From Eledone cirrhosa (Eukaryota): a stretch of DNA of 64,000 bases. The position numbers and the translations under genes were made by a program. The DNA is taken from positions 34,223 to 98,222 of the forward strand of contig CAXHJY010001347.1 of the NCBI GenBank assembly GCA_964016885.1, written 5' to 3'. The notes below the pieces were generated by a model. It searched no databases and was not told where the DNA came from. It saw only the letters and a list, made by a program, of their open reading frames with translations. This document shows, in pieces, positions 1 to 13,064 of the stretch (position 1 is its first letter; every line of letters begins with the position of its first letter).

Positions 1-385
1 TGTATGTACATATATATATGTATATGTATGTATATATATATATGTATATGTATGTATATATATATATGTATATGTATGTATATATATATATGTATGTATA
101 TATATATATGTATATGTATGTATATATATGTATATGTATGTATATATATATGTATATGTATGTATATATATATATGTATATGTATGTATATATATATATA
201 TGTATATGTATGTATATATATATATATGTATATGTATGTATATATATATATATGTATGTATATATATATATATGTATATGTATGTATATATATATATATG
301 TATATGTATGTATATATATATATGTATTTGTATGTATATATATATATATGTATATGTATGTATATATGTATATATATATATATAT
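1..385. repeat. (TA)n/(TATG)n microsatellite
   Basis: Direct reading. Confidence 0.95.
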
Positions 386-999
386 GGTAACATGTATCCC
401 AGTACAACCTGTCTCATGGTCGGGTCGTTGGCGACTAAACTGGCAACCCCACCAAGGTTTCTTGGTGAGGAGGGTGACTTTGGACATCCTGCAGGACTAA
501 AAACAAAACCTGTCAAAGGGCAAAGGAGCTCTTAAGAGTCAATGGCCATCCAAAATCACCGGGAGAGATGACCCCTTTAGCCTTAGTCAAGGCAGAATTC
601 TAGGAGAAGGAAAACTCTGATATAACACCTGCAACCCTGATGGTATCCAATGATGTTGACTTGTTCTTCTTTTTGGTAAATAGCATCTTGGTTAAGAGAG
701 TGGGACTGGCTTTGTGCAGTGCCTTTGCTCACTATAAAAGCTTCACGGCACAGGCATTGCTTTATATCTGGAGATCTCTCTGCACTTGTCCTCACATGGG
801 CCCAGCACTATGTGTCAATAATTGTCCTACCATGGGCCTAGCACTATGTGTCAATAGTTGTCACAGGTGTTGTGTTTGTACCAGAGGTTTCAAGTCGCTG
901 GCTGGACTAAAAAGTCACACTCGTTCAGCGCTTCGGTAGGGGTTATCCTACATGGATGTAAAGTAGTGGCCGTACTCGAAAACGAGTTGGCAGCCACCA
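386..999 (+). mobile_element. Non-autonomous RTE-derived retroelement (family D), ~610 bp
   Basis: Near-identical copies at 15290-15898(-), 44536-45145 and 45162-45552. The 3' part encodes [20 protein letters not shown], an RTE-type C-terminal zinc finger. It ends in a GTGGC..CTCGAAAACGAG..GCCAC stem-loop followed by (TA)n. Confidence 0.7.
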
Positions 1000-1109
1000 T
1001 ATATATATATATATTAAAAATAGATAAATATTATTATATTTGCACATACGTCAGTTGCAACGAGTAATCCATTTGATTAGATATGTGGCACAGCTTCCTT
1101 GTGATATTA

Positions 1110-1360
1110 ACATACAAGTGTCTGAGCATACCACAGACGCACGTACCCTTAAACTGTTTTAGAAGTGAGATTCAGCGTCTTAAGCGGTGGGGCCTAGTTG
1201 CCCATGTTAATTATAGGTACAGCATAATTTTTACAAGTTGAATTAAGTGGAAGCCAAAGAGTAAAGTTTCTTGCCCAAGGACAAAAGGTGGTATTGGAAA
1301 ACGAATTCTTGACCCTACAAACGTGAACCAAGACGTCCAACATTAAGCCAGCCACGTTCA
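1110..1360 (-). mobile_element. Diverged SINE fragment (second family)
   Basis: Similar to 59500-59750(+) (cacgctgaatctc...gggtacacgtg); also contains ttcttgcccaaggac. Confidence 0.45.
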
Positions 1361-1495
1361 CAAACATATATACATATATATATAACTTTTATTTTCCAAT
1401 TCATGTGTTATTTTTATTTATATTTTTATTTTCTTCCACTAACCCCAACCGCCCACACTCCCTTCGGAGTTCCTCCACGCCCTCCTTCCTACCAC

Positions 1496-1531
1496 TCTCT
1501 TGATGAAGGGCTTATACCCGAAACGTCGCAC
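1496..1531 (+). ncRNA. Degenerate minimal hammerhead ribozyme (Penelope pLTR type)
   Basis: TTGATGA-a-GGG-cttata-CCC-GAAA-CG-TC. C3 is changed and stem I pairing is not evident. Confidence 0.5.
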
Positions 1532-1605
1532 CCACACCCCCCACACTCAATAAGCGTGAACCTAACACCTTTCGTAACTCGTAATCCTGTGTTGTTGCTT
1601 TTTAC

Positions 1606-1725
<120 letters not shown>

Positions 1726-1904
1726 TAGTAATAATAATAAATTTGAAGACTAAAATCCAAAGAGGGCTCGATAAGGATAAATATATATCAAATATATAAG
1801 AACCGTAGAGCAAATATTTTAGTTTCAGAAGATCACGTTAAGGGTGAAAGCAGCGATTCTTTGCTCAAACTTTAATCTGTTATTTTAATATATGTGTGTG
1901 TGTG

Positions 1905-2405
1905 TGTGAGTGTCCAGAAGAGATTGTTTTGATAAAAACAGGAGCAAGCAGGCGAAAGCTCTCAACAATCGTAGTCTTTATTTACGATGGAGATTTGTAT
2001 AAAAATAACAAAATAATTGTTTCTACTTTAGGCACAAGGCCAGCAATTACCCAGTGCATTACTGGTACTTTATTTTATCGACCCCGTAAGGATGAAAGGC
2101 AAAGTCAACCTCGGCGGGATTTGAACTCAGGTCATAAAGGGACGTAACTATGCTGGAAAGCATGGCGTCCGACCCTCTACCGATACTGCCAATCCACCGC
2201 CCTAAAAATAACAAAATAATATGCTGAGGTTACATATATCGTTTAGACATTATAATTATTTCCACGCTTCTCCATGCAATCGAGATGTCCTTCATGCATT
2301 CGCTGTTGTTATGAGAACGGTATCCTGAGATGATACCCGATATGTTTGATATGCCGCCGGCTGGCAAAAACACACATCCTATTGTTTGTGTGCCCAGCAG
2401 ACATA
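1905..2405 (-). mobile_element. Hammerhead-bearing element family A, interrupted by a SINE
   Basis: Homologous to 39895-40254. Hammerhead remnant at ~2247-2333(-): CTCAGGA-taccgttctc...gagaagcgtg-GAAA-TAATTA-TA. Confidence 0.7.
2014..2202 (-). mobile_element. tRNA-derived SINE S1, full length, with 18-bp target site duplication
   Basis: A-box-like TGGCAGTATCGG and B-box GAGTTCAAATC; taaaaataacaaaataat occurs on both sides. Confidence 0.9.
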
Positions 2406-2764
2406 TGAGTTCATTAAGGGTGATTTATTTGTTATTTTGTGTCGCCCCTTTGTTCTGTCCTACACCATCTTGTGTTTGTGTCTTATAACCAAATGGATTA
2501 CAAGACACAACAAAAAGATGGTGTAGGACATTAACCAAAATAATGAAAGTGTGATCAGGTGATCTCGTTGGAATAATTACTCTTGGATGAGGTGAAGTTC
2601 TATCAATGTTACTGGCCGTACCATAGACTGGTAGATATTAATATGTACACACACACACACATACGTGTACATGTGAACACCCGAGGCGTAGTTTCCAGTA
2701 AGTATATCAGTGTAGAACTAAGGAGAGTGTAATAATAATAATAATTATAATAATTATAATAATT

Positions 2765-3648
2765 ATTGGTTTCTTATATAGACCCAATGCCAGCGATTTT
2801 GGGGGAAGGGAAATTCGATTAAGTCCATCCCAGTGCGTGACTGTTACTTTATTTTATCGACCCCGTCAGGATGAAAGGCAAAGTTAACCTCGGCGGGATT
2901 TGAACTCAGATCATAAAGTGACGCAACTCTATACTGCAAAGTATAGTGTCCGACCCTCTACCGATACTGCCAAATAATAATAATAATAACTGTTTCTACT
3001 TTAGGCACAAGGCCAGCAATTACCCAGTGCATTACTGGTACTTTATTTTATCGACCTCTGTATGGATGAAAGGCAAAGTTAACCTCGGCGGGATTTGAAC
3101 TCAGATCGTAAAGGGACGTAACTATGCTGGAAAGCATGGCGTCCGACCCTCTACCGATACTGCCAATCCACCGCCCTAATAATAATAATAATGAATTCTT
3201 TATTGGCGACAAGGGTTGACACCAAGAAAAACATTACAGACGGCACAGGACGGATCGATGCGAGTTTTGTGCGTGTAAAGATTTTTATTTATATAATAAT
3301 AATTGTTTCTACTTTTGGCACAAAGCTAGCAATTACCTCAGTGTATTACTGGTACTTTATTTTATCGACCACGTAAGGATGAAAGGCAAAGTTAACCTCG
3401 GCTGGATTTGAACTCATATATACAACATAATAATAATAATTGTTTCTACTTTAGGCACAAATAATAATTGTTTCTACTTTTAGGCACAAGGCCAGCAATT
3501 ACCCAGTGTATTACTGGTACTTTATTTTATCGACCCTGTAAGGATGAAAGGCAAAGTCAACCTCGGCGGGATTTGAACTCGGATCGTAAAGGGACGTAAC
3601 TATGCTGGAAAGCATGGCGTCCGACTCTCTACCGATACTGCCAATCCA
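2765..3648 (-). mobile_element. Cluster of four to five SINE S1 copies (~2765-2972, 2989-3177, 3299-3416, 3437-3648)
   Basis: Repeated ggatgaaaggcaaagttaacctcggcgggatttgaactc core separated by (TAA)n. Confidence 0.88.
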
Positions 3649-3719
3649 GGCACAAATAATAATGATTTCATATAATAACAATAAAGACGATTTGTTATGC
3701 CTTCATTACGTTTATTAAG

Positions 3720-3806
3720 AAGTGACACGCGTTTCGCTATTGATCAACTCGTGCTTAGATTTCTATCGATCTGGCCCGACTCTGGACTCAAAAGCTTGTC
3801 GGACCT
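3720..3806 (-). ncRNA. Degenerate hammerhead downstream of the Penelope-like EN remnant
   Basis: Minus strand reads AGGT-CCGACAA-GCT...AGC-GAAA-CGCGTG-TC-ACTT. Stem I and the base of stem II pair; the core has two substitutions. Confidence 0.5.
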
Positions 3807-4287
3807 GCCGTGGTAGTGACAGAATGAACATGTAGGGCGTAGAAAAGGTACATAACGATTCACATTCATTTATGGTGGTCAGTTAAAGTTCGTTTTGATT
3901 GGTGGTTTTGCTATAAGAAATGTTTTGGTATGTTTGATGGGGGGGGGGGGTATTATGAAGAGGTGGTGGTGGGGAGCGATGGTTGGTGTGAGTTGCGGAT
4001 GTGTGGTGTTTTGGCTGTTTCATAGGGATTACGGCGTATATGTGGTGAAGAGAGGGTGCTGGGTGTGACTGTGGTGGTGGTTATGGGCTATAAATGATGG
4101 GAGATGAAAGGGTACGGTGCTCTCCTAAGTGGATGGGAGTTTTCTGTTGGTCCGAGGTTTGTCTGAGAGGAATAAAAACAATAAACAAAAGTAAATTAAA
4201 CTGAAGTTAAGGGTAAGGTTACGAATGAGGTGAGTGGGAAGTCTAACGTTTTCTGTGGTGTGTTTAGTATGTAAATGGTTTTCCATT

Positions 4288-4405
4288 CTGAGTTCAAATC
4301 CCGCCGAGGTTAACTTTGCCTTTCATCCTTACGGGGTCGATAAAATAAAGTACCAGTAATGCACTGTGTAATTTCTGGCCTTGTGCCAAATGTGGAAACA
4401 ATTAT
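4288..4405 (+). mobile_element. SINE S1, 5'-truncated
   Basis: Matches the S1 core and tail. Confidence 0.85.
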
Positions 4406-4917
4406 TAAAGAGGTTTGTAGTACTAGAAAATAAGTGATTAAGGACTGTGGTTAGTGTGTGAAATGAATATAAATAAATAGAGGAATAAATAATGAATTAG
4501 TTGCTACACTAACTATATGTGCTCGCTTAAACACACACACAGACACACACCACACAACACACCAGACACACACACACACACACACACACACAGAGACATC
4601 GTCAGTTTTATATATACATAGATAACGATAATATAATTGCTGATACAATGAATGTAATGATAATAATTGTGGTAATAGGATGCTGGTAGTGTATGTGGGT
4701 GGCTGGTGTGTGAGGTGCATGTTCAGGTGAGTGAGAGTGGTGAAGACATGGTGATATGTTTAATAATGAGGGACATGATAAACATAATAGTAGCAAGAAT
4801 AACAATGATAACGAAAGTAGCAGTGGTAATGAGGACGATGATAAACTTGATGAGAGATGATAATAATTGTTGTAATTACTAGTACGTGTCTGATGTCTGT
4901 GTTCAGGTGGTTAAATG

Positions 4918-5287
4918 TTAGTCTGTCCATAGTTTATGTTCGAATATCATGGCGGAGAATGTATGTTGTTTTGTATGTCTGCAGTTTACGGAGATTTCCG
5001 ATTTCAAATTAATATCCGATTTCATTTTAATGATCTCTGCCAATTCCATCAGGCACGATATACAGTGGCTTCCTCAGGGGAAATGTTGGGCCACGCGACT
5101 CCTTACAGACCATTTGATCTGGTATTTCAGGTTTCTATCCTTGGGGTCCCATATGAAATCGGCCAGTCTTGTTTGGGAACGCTCAGGTCTGTGGTTGAAG
5201 GGGCTTCTGTGGTTGTACAGCCGCTCCTTAGAGGCTGTTGAGAGTGCGCCTATAAGTGTGTATTCTTTGCGCTTATTTAATAGTGTC
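4918..5287 (-). pseudogene. Penelope-like element GIY-YIG endonuclease remnant
   Basis: Translation LIGALSTASKERLYNHRSPFNH..QTRLADFIWDPKDRNLKYQIKW..*GSHCISCLMELAEII..INLKSEISVNCRH matches the PLE EN pattern (YIG, KxR..H, IW.LK, I.W, CxxC..E, N..SE..CRH). One in-frame stop at 5074-5076. Confidence 0.8.
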
Positions 5288-8200
5288 GGTAATAATATAT
5301 TGAAGAGTAAGGAGAGGTGGTAATAATATATTGAAGAGTAAGGAGAGGTGGTAATAATATATTGAAGAGTAAGGAGAGGTGGTAATAATATATTGAAGAG
5401 TAAGGAGAGGTGGTAATAATATATTGAAGAGTAAGGAGAGGTGGTAATAATATATTGAAGAGTAAGGAGAGGTGGTAATAATATATTGAAGAGTAAGGAG
5501 AGGTAATAATATATTGAAGAGTAAGGAGAGGTGGTAATAATATATTGAAGAGTAAGGAGAGGTAATAATATATTGAAGAGTAAGGAGAGGTGGTAATAAT
5601 ATATTGAAGAGTAAGGAGAGGTGGTAATAATATATTGAAGAGTAAGGAGAGGTGGTAATAATATATTGAAGAGTAAGGAGAGGTGGTAATAATATATTGA
5701 AGAGTAAGGAGAGGTGGTAATAATATATTGAAGAGTAAGGAGAGGTAATAATATATTGAAGAGTAAGGAGAGGTGGTAATAATATATTGAAGAGTAAGGA
5801 GAGGTAATAATATATTGAAGAGTAAGGAGAGGTGGTAATAATATATTGAAGAGTAAGGAGAGGTGGTAATAATATATTGAAGAGTAAGGAGAGGTGGTAA
5901 TAATATATTGAAGAGTAAGGAGAGGTGGTAATAATATATTGAAGAGTAAGGAGAGGTGGTAATAATATATTGAAGAGTAAGGAGAGGTAATAATATATTG
6001 AAGAGTAAGGAGAGGTGGTAATAATATATTGAAGAGTAAGGAGAGGTGGTAATAATATATTGAAGAGTAAGGAGAGGTGGTAATAATATATTGAAGAGTA
6101 AGGAGAGGTGGTAATAATATATTGAAGAGTAAGGAGAGGTGGTAATAATATATTGAAGAGTAAGGAGAGGTGGTAATAATATATTGAAGAGTAAGGAGAG
6201 GTGGTAATAATATATTGAAGAGTAAGGAGAGGTGGTAATAATATATTGAAGAATAAGGAGAGGTAATAATATATTGAAGAGTAAGGAGAGGTGGTAATAA
6301 TATATTGAAGAGTAAGGAGAGGTGGTAATAATATATTGAAGAGTAAGGAGAGGTGGTAATAATATATTGAAGAATAAGGAGAGGTAATAATATATTGAAG
6401 AGTAAGGAGAGGTGGTAATAATATATTGAAGAATAAGGAGAGGTAATAATATATTGAAGAGTAAGGAGAGGTGGTAATAATATATTGAAGAGTAAGGAGA
6501 GGTAATAATATATTGAAGAGTAAGGAGAGGTGGTAATAATATATTGAAGAGTAAGGAGAGGTGGTAATAATATATTGAAGAGTAAGGAGAGGTGGTAATA
6601 ATATATTGAAGAGTAAGGAGAGGTGGTAATAATATATTGAAGAGTAAGGAGAGGTGGTAATAATATATTGAAGAATAAGGAGAGGTAATAATATATTGAA
6701 GAGTAAGGAGAGGTGAATAATATATTGAAGAGTAAGGAGAGGTGGTAATAATATATTGAAGAATAAGGAGAGGTAATAATATATTGAAGAGTAAGGAGAG
6801 GTGGTAATAATATATTGAAGAGTAAGGAGAGGTAATAATATATTGAAGAGTAAGGAGAGGTGGTAATAATATATTGAAGAGTAAGGAGAGGTGGTAATAA
6901 TATATTGAAGAGTAAGGAGAGGTGGTAATAATATATTGAAGAGTAAGGAGAGGTGGTAATAATATATTGAAGAATAAGGAGAGGTAATAATATATTGAAG
7001 AGTAAGGAGAGGTGGTAATAATATATTGAAGAGTAAGGAGAGGTGGTAATAATATATTGAAGAGTAAGGAGAGGTGGTAATAATATATTGAAGAATAAGG
7101 AGAGGTAATAATATATTGAAGAGTAAGGAGAGGTGGTAATAATATATTGAAGAATAAGGAGAGGTAATAATATATTGAAGAGTAAGGAGAGGTGGTAATA
7201 ATATATTGAAGAGTAAGGAGAGGTTAATAATATATTGAAGAGTAAGGAGAGGTGGTAATAATATATTGAAGAGTAAGGAGAGGTGGTAATAATATATTGA
7301 AGAGTAAGGAGAGGTGGTAATAATATATTGAAGAGTAAGGAGAGGTGGTAATAATATATTGAAGAGTAAGGAGAGGTGGTAATAATATATTGAAGAGTAA
7401 GGAGAGGTGGTAATAATATATTGAAGAGTAAGGAGAGGTGGTAATAATATATTGAAGAGTAAGGAGAGGTAATAATATATTGAAGAGTAAGGAGAGGTGG
7501 TAATAATATATTGAAGAGTAAGGAGAGGTGGTAATAATATATTGAAGAGTAAGGAGAGGTGGTAATAATATATTGAAGAGTAAGGAGAGGTGGTAATAAT
7601 ATATTGAAGAGTAAGGAGAGGTGGTAATAATATATTGAAGAGTAAGGAGAGGTGGTAATAATATATTGAAGAGTAAGGAGAGGTGGTAATATATTGAAGA
7701 GTAAGGAGAGGTGGTAATATATTGAAGAGTAAGGAGAGGTGGTAATAATATATTGAAGAGTAAGGAGAGGTGGTAATAATATATTGAAGAGTAAGGAGAG
7801 GTGGTAATAATATATTGAAGAGTAAGGAGAGGTGGTAATAATATATTGAAGAGTAAGGAGAGGTGGTAATAATATATTGAAGAGTAAGGAGAGGTGGTAA
7901 TAATATATTGAAGAGTAAGGAGAGGTGGTAATAATATATTGAAGAGTAAGGAGAGGTGGTAATAATATATTGAAGAGTAAGGAGAGGTGGTAATAATATA
8001 TTGAAGAGTAAGGAGAGGTGGTAATAATATATTGAAGAGTAAGGAGAGGTGGTAATAATATATTGAAGAGTAAGGAGAGGTGGTAATAATATATTGAAGA
8101 GTAAGGAGAGGTGGTAATAATATATTGAAGAGTAAGGAGAGGTGGTAATAATATATTGAAGAGTAAGGAGAGGTGGTAATAATATATTGAAGAGTAAGGA

Positions 8201-9513
8201 GAGGTGGTAATAATATATTGAAGAGTAAGGAGAGGTGGTAATAATATATTGAAGAGTAAGGAGAGGTGGTAATAATATATTGAAGAGTAAGGAGAGGTGG
8301 TAATAATATATTGAAGAGTAAGGAGAGGTGGTAATATATTGAAGAGTAAGGAGAGGTGGTAATATATTGAAGAGTAAGGAGAGGTGGTAATAATATATTG
8401 AAGAGTAAGGAGAGGTGGTAATAATATATTGAAGAGTAAGGAGAGGTGGTAATAATATATTGAAGAGTAAGGAGAGGTGGTAATAATATATTGAAGAGTA
8501 AGGAGAGGTGGTAATAATATATTGAAGAGTAAGAAGAGGTGGTAATAATATATTGAAGAGTAAGGAGAGGTGGTAATAATATATTGAAGAGTAAGGAGAG
8601 GTGGTAATAATATATTGAAGAGTAAGGAGAGGTGGTAATAATATATTGAAGAGTAAGGAGAGGTGGTAATAATATATTGAAGAGTAAGGAGAGGTGGTAA
8701 TAATATATTGAAGAGTAAGAAGAGGTGGTAATAATATATTGAAGAGTAAGGAGAGGTAATAATATATTGAAGAGTAAGGAGAGGTGGTAATAATATATTG
8801 AAGAGTAAGGAGAGGTGGTAATAATATATTGAAGAATAAGAAGAGGTGGTAATAATATATTGAAGAGTAAGGAGAGGTAATAATATATTGAAGAGTAAGG
8901 AGAGGTGGTAATAATATATTGAAGAGTAAGAAGAGGTGGTAATAATATATTGAAGAGTAAGGAGAGGTGGTAATAATATATTGAAGAGTAAGGAGAGGTG
9001 GTAATAATATATTGAAGAGTAAGGAGAGGTGGTAATAATATATTGAAGAGTAAGGAGAGGTGGTAATAATATATTGAAGAGTAAGAAGAGGTGGTAATAA
9101 TATATTGAAGAGTAAGAAGAGGTGGTAATAATATATTGAAGAGTAAGGAGAGGTGGTAATAATATATTGAAGAGTAAGGAGAGGTGGTAATAATATATTG
9201 AAGAGTAAGAAGAGGTGGTAATAATATATTGAAGAGTAAGAAGAGGTGGTAATAATATATTGAAGAGTAAGGAGAGGTAATAATATATTGAAGAGTAAGG
9301 AGAGGTGGTAATAATATATTGAAGAGTAAGAAGAGGTGGTAATAATATATTGAAGAGTAAGAAGAGGTGGTAATAATATATTGAAGAGTAAGGAGAGATG
9401 GTAATAATATATTGAAGAGTAAGGAGAGGTGGTAATAATATATTGAAGAGTAAGGAGAGGTGGTAATAATATATTGAAGAATAAGGAGAGGTAATAATAT
9501 ATTGAAGAGTAAG
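5288..9513. repeat. 31-bp minisatellite GGTAATAATATATTGAAGAGTAAGGAGAGGT (28-bp variants), ~135-140 units
   Basis: Direct reading. Confidence 0.97.
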
Positions 9514-9516
9514 CAC

Positions 9517-9704
9517 AGGTGGATTGGCTATATCGGTAGAGGGTCGGACTCCATGCTTTGCAGCAAAGAGTTACGGCTCTTTATGGTCTGAGTTCAAATC
9601 CCGCCGAGGTTAACTTTGCCTTTCATCCTTACAGGGTCGATAAAATAAAGTACCAGTAATACACTGGTTATGTGCAGGCCTTGTGCCAAAAGCAGAAACA
9701 ATTA
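9517..9704 (+). mobile_element. SINE S1
   Basis: Matches S1 over its length. Confidence 0.88.
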
Positions 9705-10218
9705 TAACGGAATCATAGTAAAATATTGAAAAGTATTATAAAGAGAGTTGTAAATATAATAGCTTGTGTAATTTTAAATATAATTGTGTGCAATACATTT
9801 AACACTATATGGTACATGTTGATTAAAAGACTTTATAACTCATAAAGGTTTTTAAACTAGCCATTACAAATGCTTCTCAGACTCACAGCATGTCAAATGC
9901 TGGATTATTCAACCTACTTCAAAGATCTGCGCAATTCTAATATTACCTTAAAATAAACTCTGCTCGGCAATATCGGGGTCATGTGCATCACCCTCGATGA
10001 AGTACCACGTGTGTTATAATTACTGATAGGCCGTATATCGCTGGCTGTTCCTCGTGGTAGTGAATACACCATCGTAACCGGCCGCGGCGCTCTCGCAGAA
10101 ATGTGTTACCCAGCGTTGTAGAATTTGCCATTTTTTTTCACTCATAGCTCTCAAGTTTATCACAGTTTTAAATGTGTAGACACCTGTGGCAGAGTTAATT
10201 TGATAGTTTCTCCTATAT

Positions 10219-10267
<49 letters not shown>

Positions 10268-10274
<7 letters not shown>

Positions 10275-10780
10275 TAATGAAATGACAGGAGGCTGGATTT
10301 GTGTAAATCCTTGAAAAGTTTATTATACTATGATCATTTCAATGACCGGGTTCCGTATGAATCCGGTGATATCATCAGGTATTCGAAATATAATACGTGA
10401 ATGTAATAGGTAAAATCCATGGGGCTGAAAATCGAGACCCGAGGGCGACCGCTATTCTGTTCCTTCAAACTCAGCAGGTCGATTTTCAGCCCCATGTATT
10501 TTACCTATTACATTCACGTATTATATTTCGAATACCTGATGATATCACCGGATTCATACGGAACCCGGTCATTGAAATGATCATAGTATAATAAACTTTT
10601 CAAGGATTTACACAAATCCAGCCTCCTGTCATTTCATTATAATATTTAACTCCGTAATAACACCACCAACTACAAAAACAAAGACGGTTGAACTGCTTTA
10701 CGTTGAGTACTCTCTATATTATTGCATTACGATTGACCATACGGAATAGACCAGCTCTATACAGTGGTGAACCTCAAACC

Positions 10781-10783
<3 letters not shown>
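10268..10783 (+). mobile_element. Fold-back hammerhead element: 168-bp inverted arms (10268-10435/10479-10646) plus ~137-bp tail, in (TA)n
   Basis: Arms differ at about one position; (TA)n lies on both flanks. Confidence 0.88.
10532..10589 (+). ncRNA. Type I hammerhead ribozyme (mirror copy at 10325-10382 minus)
   Basis: ATAC-CTGATGA-tatcACCGGaTTCatacgGAAcCCGGTcatt-GAAA-TGATCA-TA-GTAT: intact core, palindromic stem III. Confidence 0.8.
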
Positions 10784-10821
<38 letters not shown>

Positions 10822-11139
10822 TATTTCTCTGCTTTGTAGTAGAGTGATATCTAACCTGATAACGTTTGCACCTCCCTGACTGTTAAGTACTGAAGGAAAT
10901 GCACTTTATTTATCAACAGTTATAAAATAAATATTATAAACCTCGTTTGTTGAACAAGTGGCCGGGCAGTTCACAGAGACTTGTAGAAAGGTGACGAATG
11001 AGAACTTAGTGTTGGAATAATGTTTGAGATTGTGACCTGACTAAAAGGTTATAGAAGATGGATGGAAATTCTGTGGCACTTCGTGACACGTGAGAATGAT
11101 GCTTCAAGAGAATAGAAAGCTCTTTATTCGCTGTTGTTT

Positions 11140-11142
11140 TTC

Positions 11143-11180
<38 letters not shown>

Positions 11181-11632
11181 CTTCTTCTTCTTCTTCTTCT
11201 TCGTCTTCGTTTTCTTCTTCTTCTTCTTCTTCTTCTTCTTCTTCTTCTTCTTCTTCTTCTTCTTCTTCTTCTTCTTCTTTTTTCTTTTTCTTTTTCTTCT
11301 TCTTTTTTCTTTTTCTTTTTCTTTTTTTCTTCTTCTTTTTTCTTTTTCTTCTTTGCCTTCTTCTCTTCTTTGCCTTCTTCTCTTCTTTGCCTTCTTCTCT
11401 TCTTCTTCTTCTTCTTCTTCTTCTTTGCCTTCTTCATCTTCTTTGCCTTCTTCTTCTTCTTCTTCTTCTTCTTCTTCTTCTTCTTCTTCTTCTTCTTCTT
11501 CTTCTTTGCCTTCTTTGCCTTCTTCTTATTCTTCTTTGCCTTCTTCTTCTTCTTCTTCTTCTTCTTCTTCTTCTTCTTCTTCTTCTATTGTTGTTGTTGT
11601 CCTTAGCGTTGTTTTTCTTGTTGTTGTTGTTG
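11140..11632. repeat. (TTG)n/(TTC)n compound microsatellite with TTTGCC interruptions
   Basis: Direct reading. Confidence 0.95.
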
Positions 11633-11707
11633 ATTGGCATTTTTCATTCAAACACAAACAAGCTGCAGATTCTTTTTTTTCCAGAGTGATAATTCTGTGG
11701 AAGCTAA

Positions 11708-11722
11708 TGTATGTGTGGGTGT

Positions 11723-11764
<42 letters not shown>

Positions 11765-12930
11765 ATGTGTGCATGTATGTATGTACGTTTGTTTGCATGT
11801 ATGAATGTGTGTATGTACGTACACGTTTGTGTGTATGTAAGCATATATTTATAAATGAATGTATAAGTGAGTCTATGTACTTATGTATGACAGTATGTGT
11901 CTATGTATGTATGCATGTATATTTGTTTGTGGGTATGTATCTATATATGTGTGAATGAATGTATATGTGGATGTATGCATTTATGTATGACCGTATGTGT
12001 GTATGCATATATTCATGTATATATGTGTATGAGTGCATATGTGTGTGTGTGTGTGCCTGTATAACTGTGCACGGATGTTTCTCTACAGGTATAAACCTAT
12101 GTATATATGCCACTATATATATATATGTCTATACGCATAAATATATATATATATATATCTATGTATTTATGTATGTGTGAATGTATGTTACTGTAAATGT
12201 ATATAAGTATGTGTGCAGTAATATGTGTGTATGTATATTTCTGTATATGTCTATCAGTACAAGTTTGTATGTGTATTTATGATTCTATATATGTATATAT
12301 GTACATGTGTACGTTTATGTATGTATCTATGTATGTATACATGTACATGTGTACGTTTATGTATGTATCTATATATGTATATACATGTGTACGTTTATGT
12401 ATGTTTCTATGTATGTATATATGTACATGTGTACGTTTATGTATGTTTCTATGTATGTATATATGTACATGTGTATGTATACATGTACATGTGTACGTTT
12501 ATGTATGTATCTATGTATGTATATATGTACATGTGTACGTGTATGTATGTATCTATGTATGTATATATGTAAATGTGTACGTGTATGTATGTATCTATGT
12601 ATGTATATATGTACATGTGTACGTGTATGTATCTATGTATGTATATATGTACATGTGTACGTGTATGTATCTATGTATGTATATATGTAACTGTGTACGT
12701 GTATGTATGTATCTATGTATGTATATATGTACATGTGTACGTGTATGTATCTATGTATGTATATATGTACATGTGTACGTGTATGTATGCATCTATGTAT
12801 GTATATAAGTACATGTGCACGTGTATGTATGTTTCTATATATGTATATATGTACATGTGTGTGTGTGTGTGTGTGTGCTTCTGAATATGTATATATGTGT
12901 ATATGATTATGTATGTATACATGCATCTAT
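11708..12930. repeat. (TG)/(TATG)-rich low complexity, including a ~36-40-bp minisatellite at ~12295-12860
   Basis: Repeats of tatatgtacatgtgtacgt(t/g)tatgtatgtatctatgtatg. Confidence 0.85.
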
Positions 12931-13014
12931 GTTAGGTATGTATTCGTGTGTCGAGTTCGTTTGCCTTAAATATATCAGTCATGATGTTTTTATTTCATTT
13001 TTTTTAGTATTATT

Positions 13015-13064
<50 letters not shown>

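Noticed and set aside
436-485. Twister-like ribozyme in the family D 5' region (CAACCCCACC..GGTGAGGAGGG)
   Set aside because: The conserved P4 loop and pseudoknot partners could not be identified.
2014-2202. SINE heads as tRNA genes
   Set aside because: A and B boxes are present, but there is no cloverleaf and they are embedded in a dispersed repeat.
5074-5076. In-frame TGA as a selenocysteine codon
   Set aside because: It does not fall at a conserved Cys position, and the ORF has other disabling changes.
5288-9513. CRISPR array
   Set aside because: Repeats are contiguous with no unique spacers, there are no cas genes, and the context is eukaryotic. The same applies to 54645-56383.
5074-9516. 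1480-aa ORF as a real gene
   Set aside because: It is a stop-free 31-bp minisatellite; only the last ~70 codons are a PLE endonuclease remnant.
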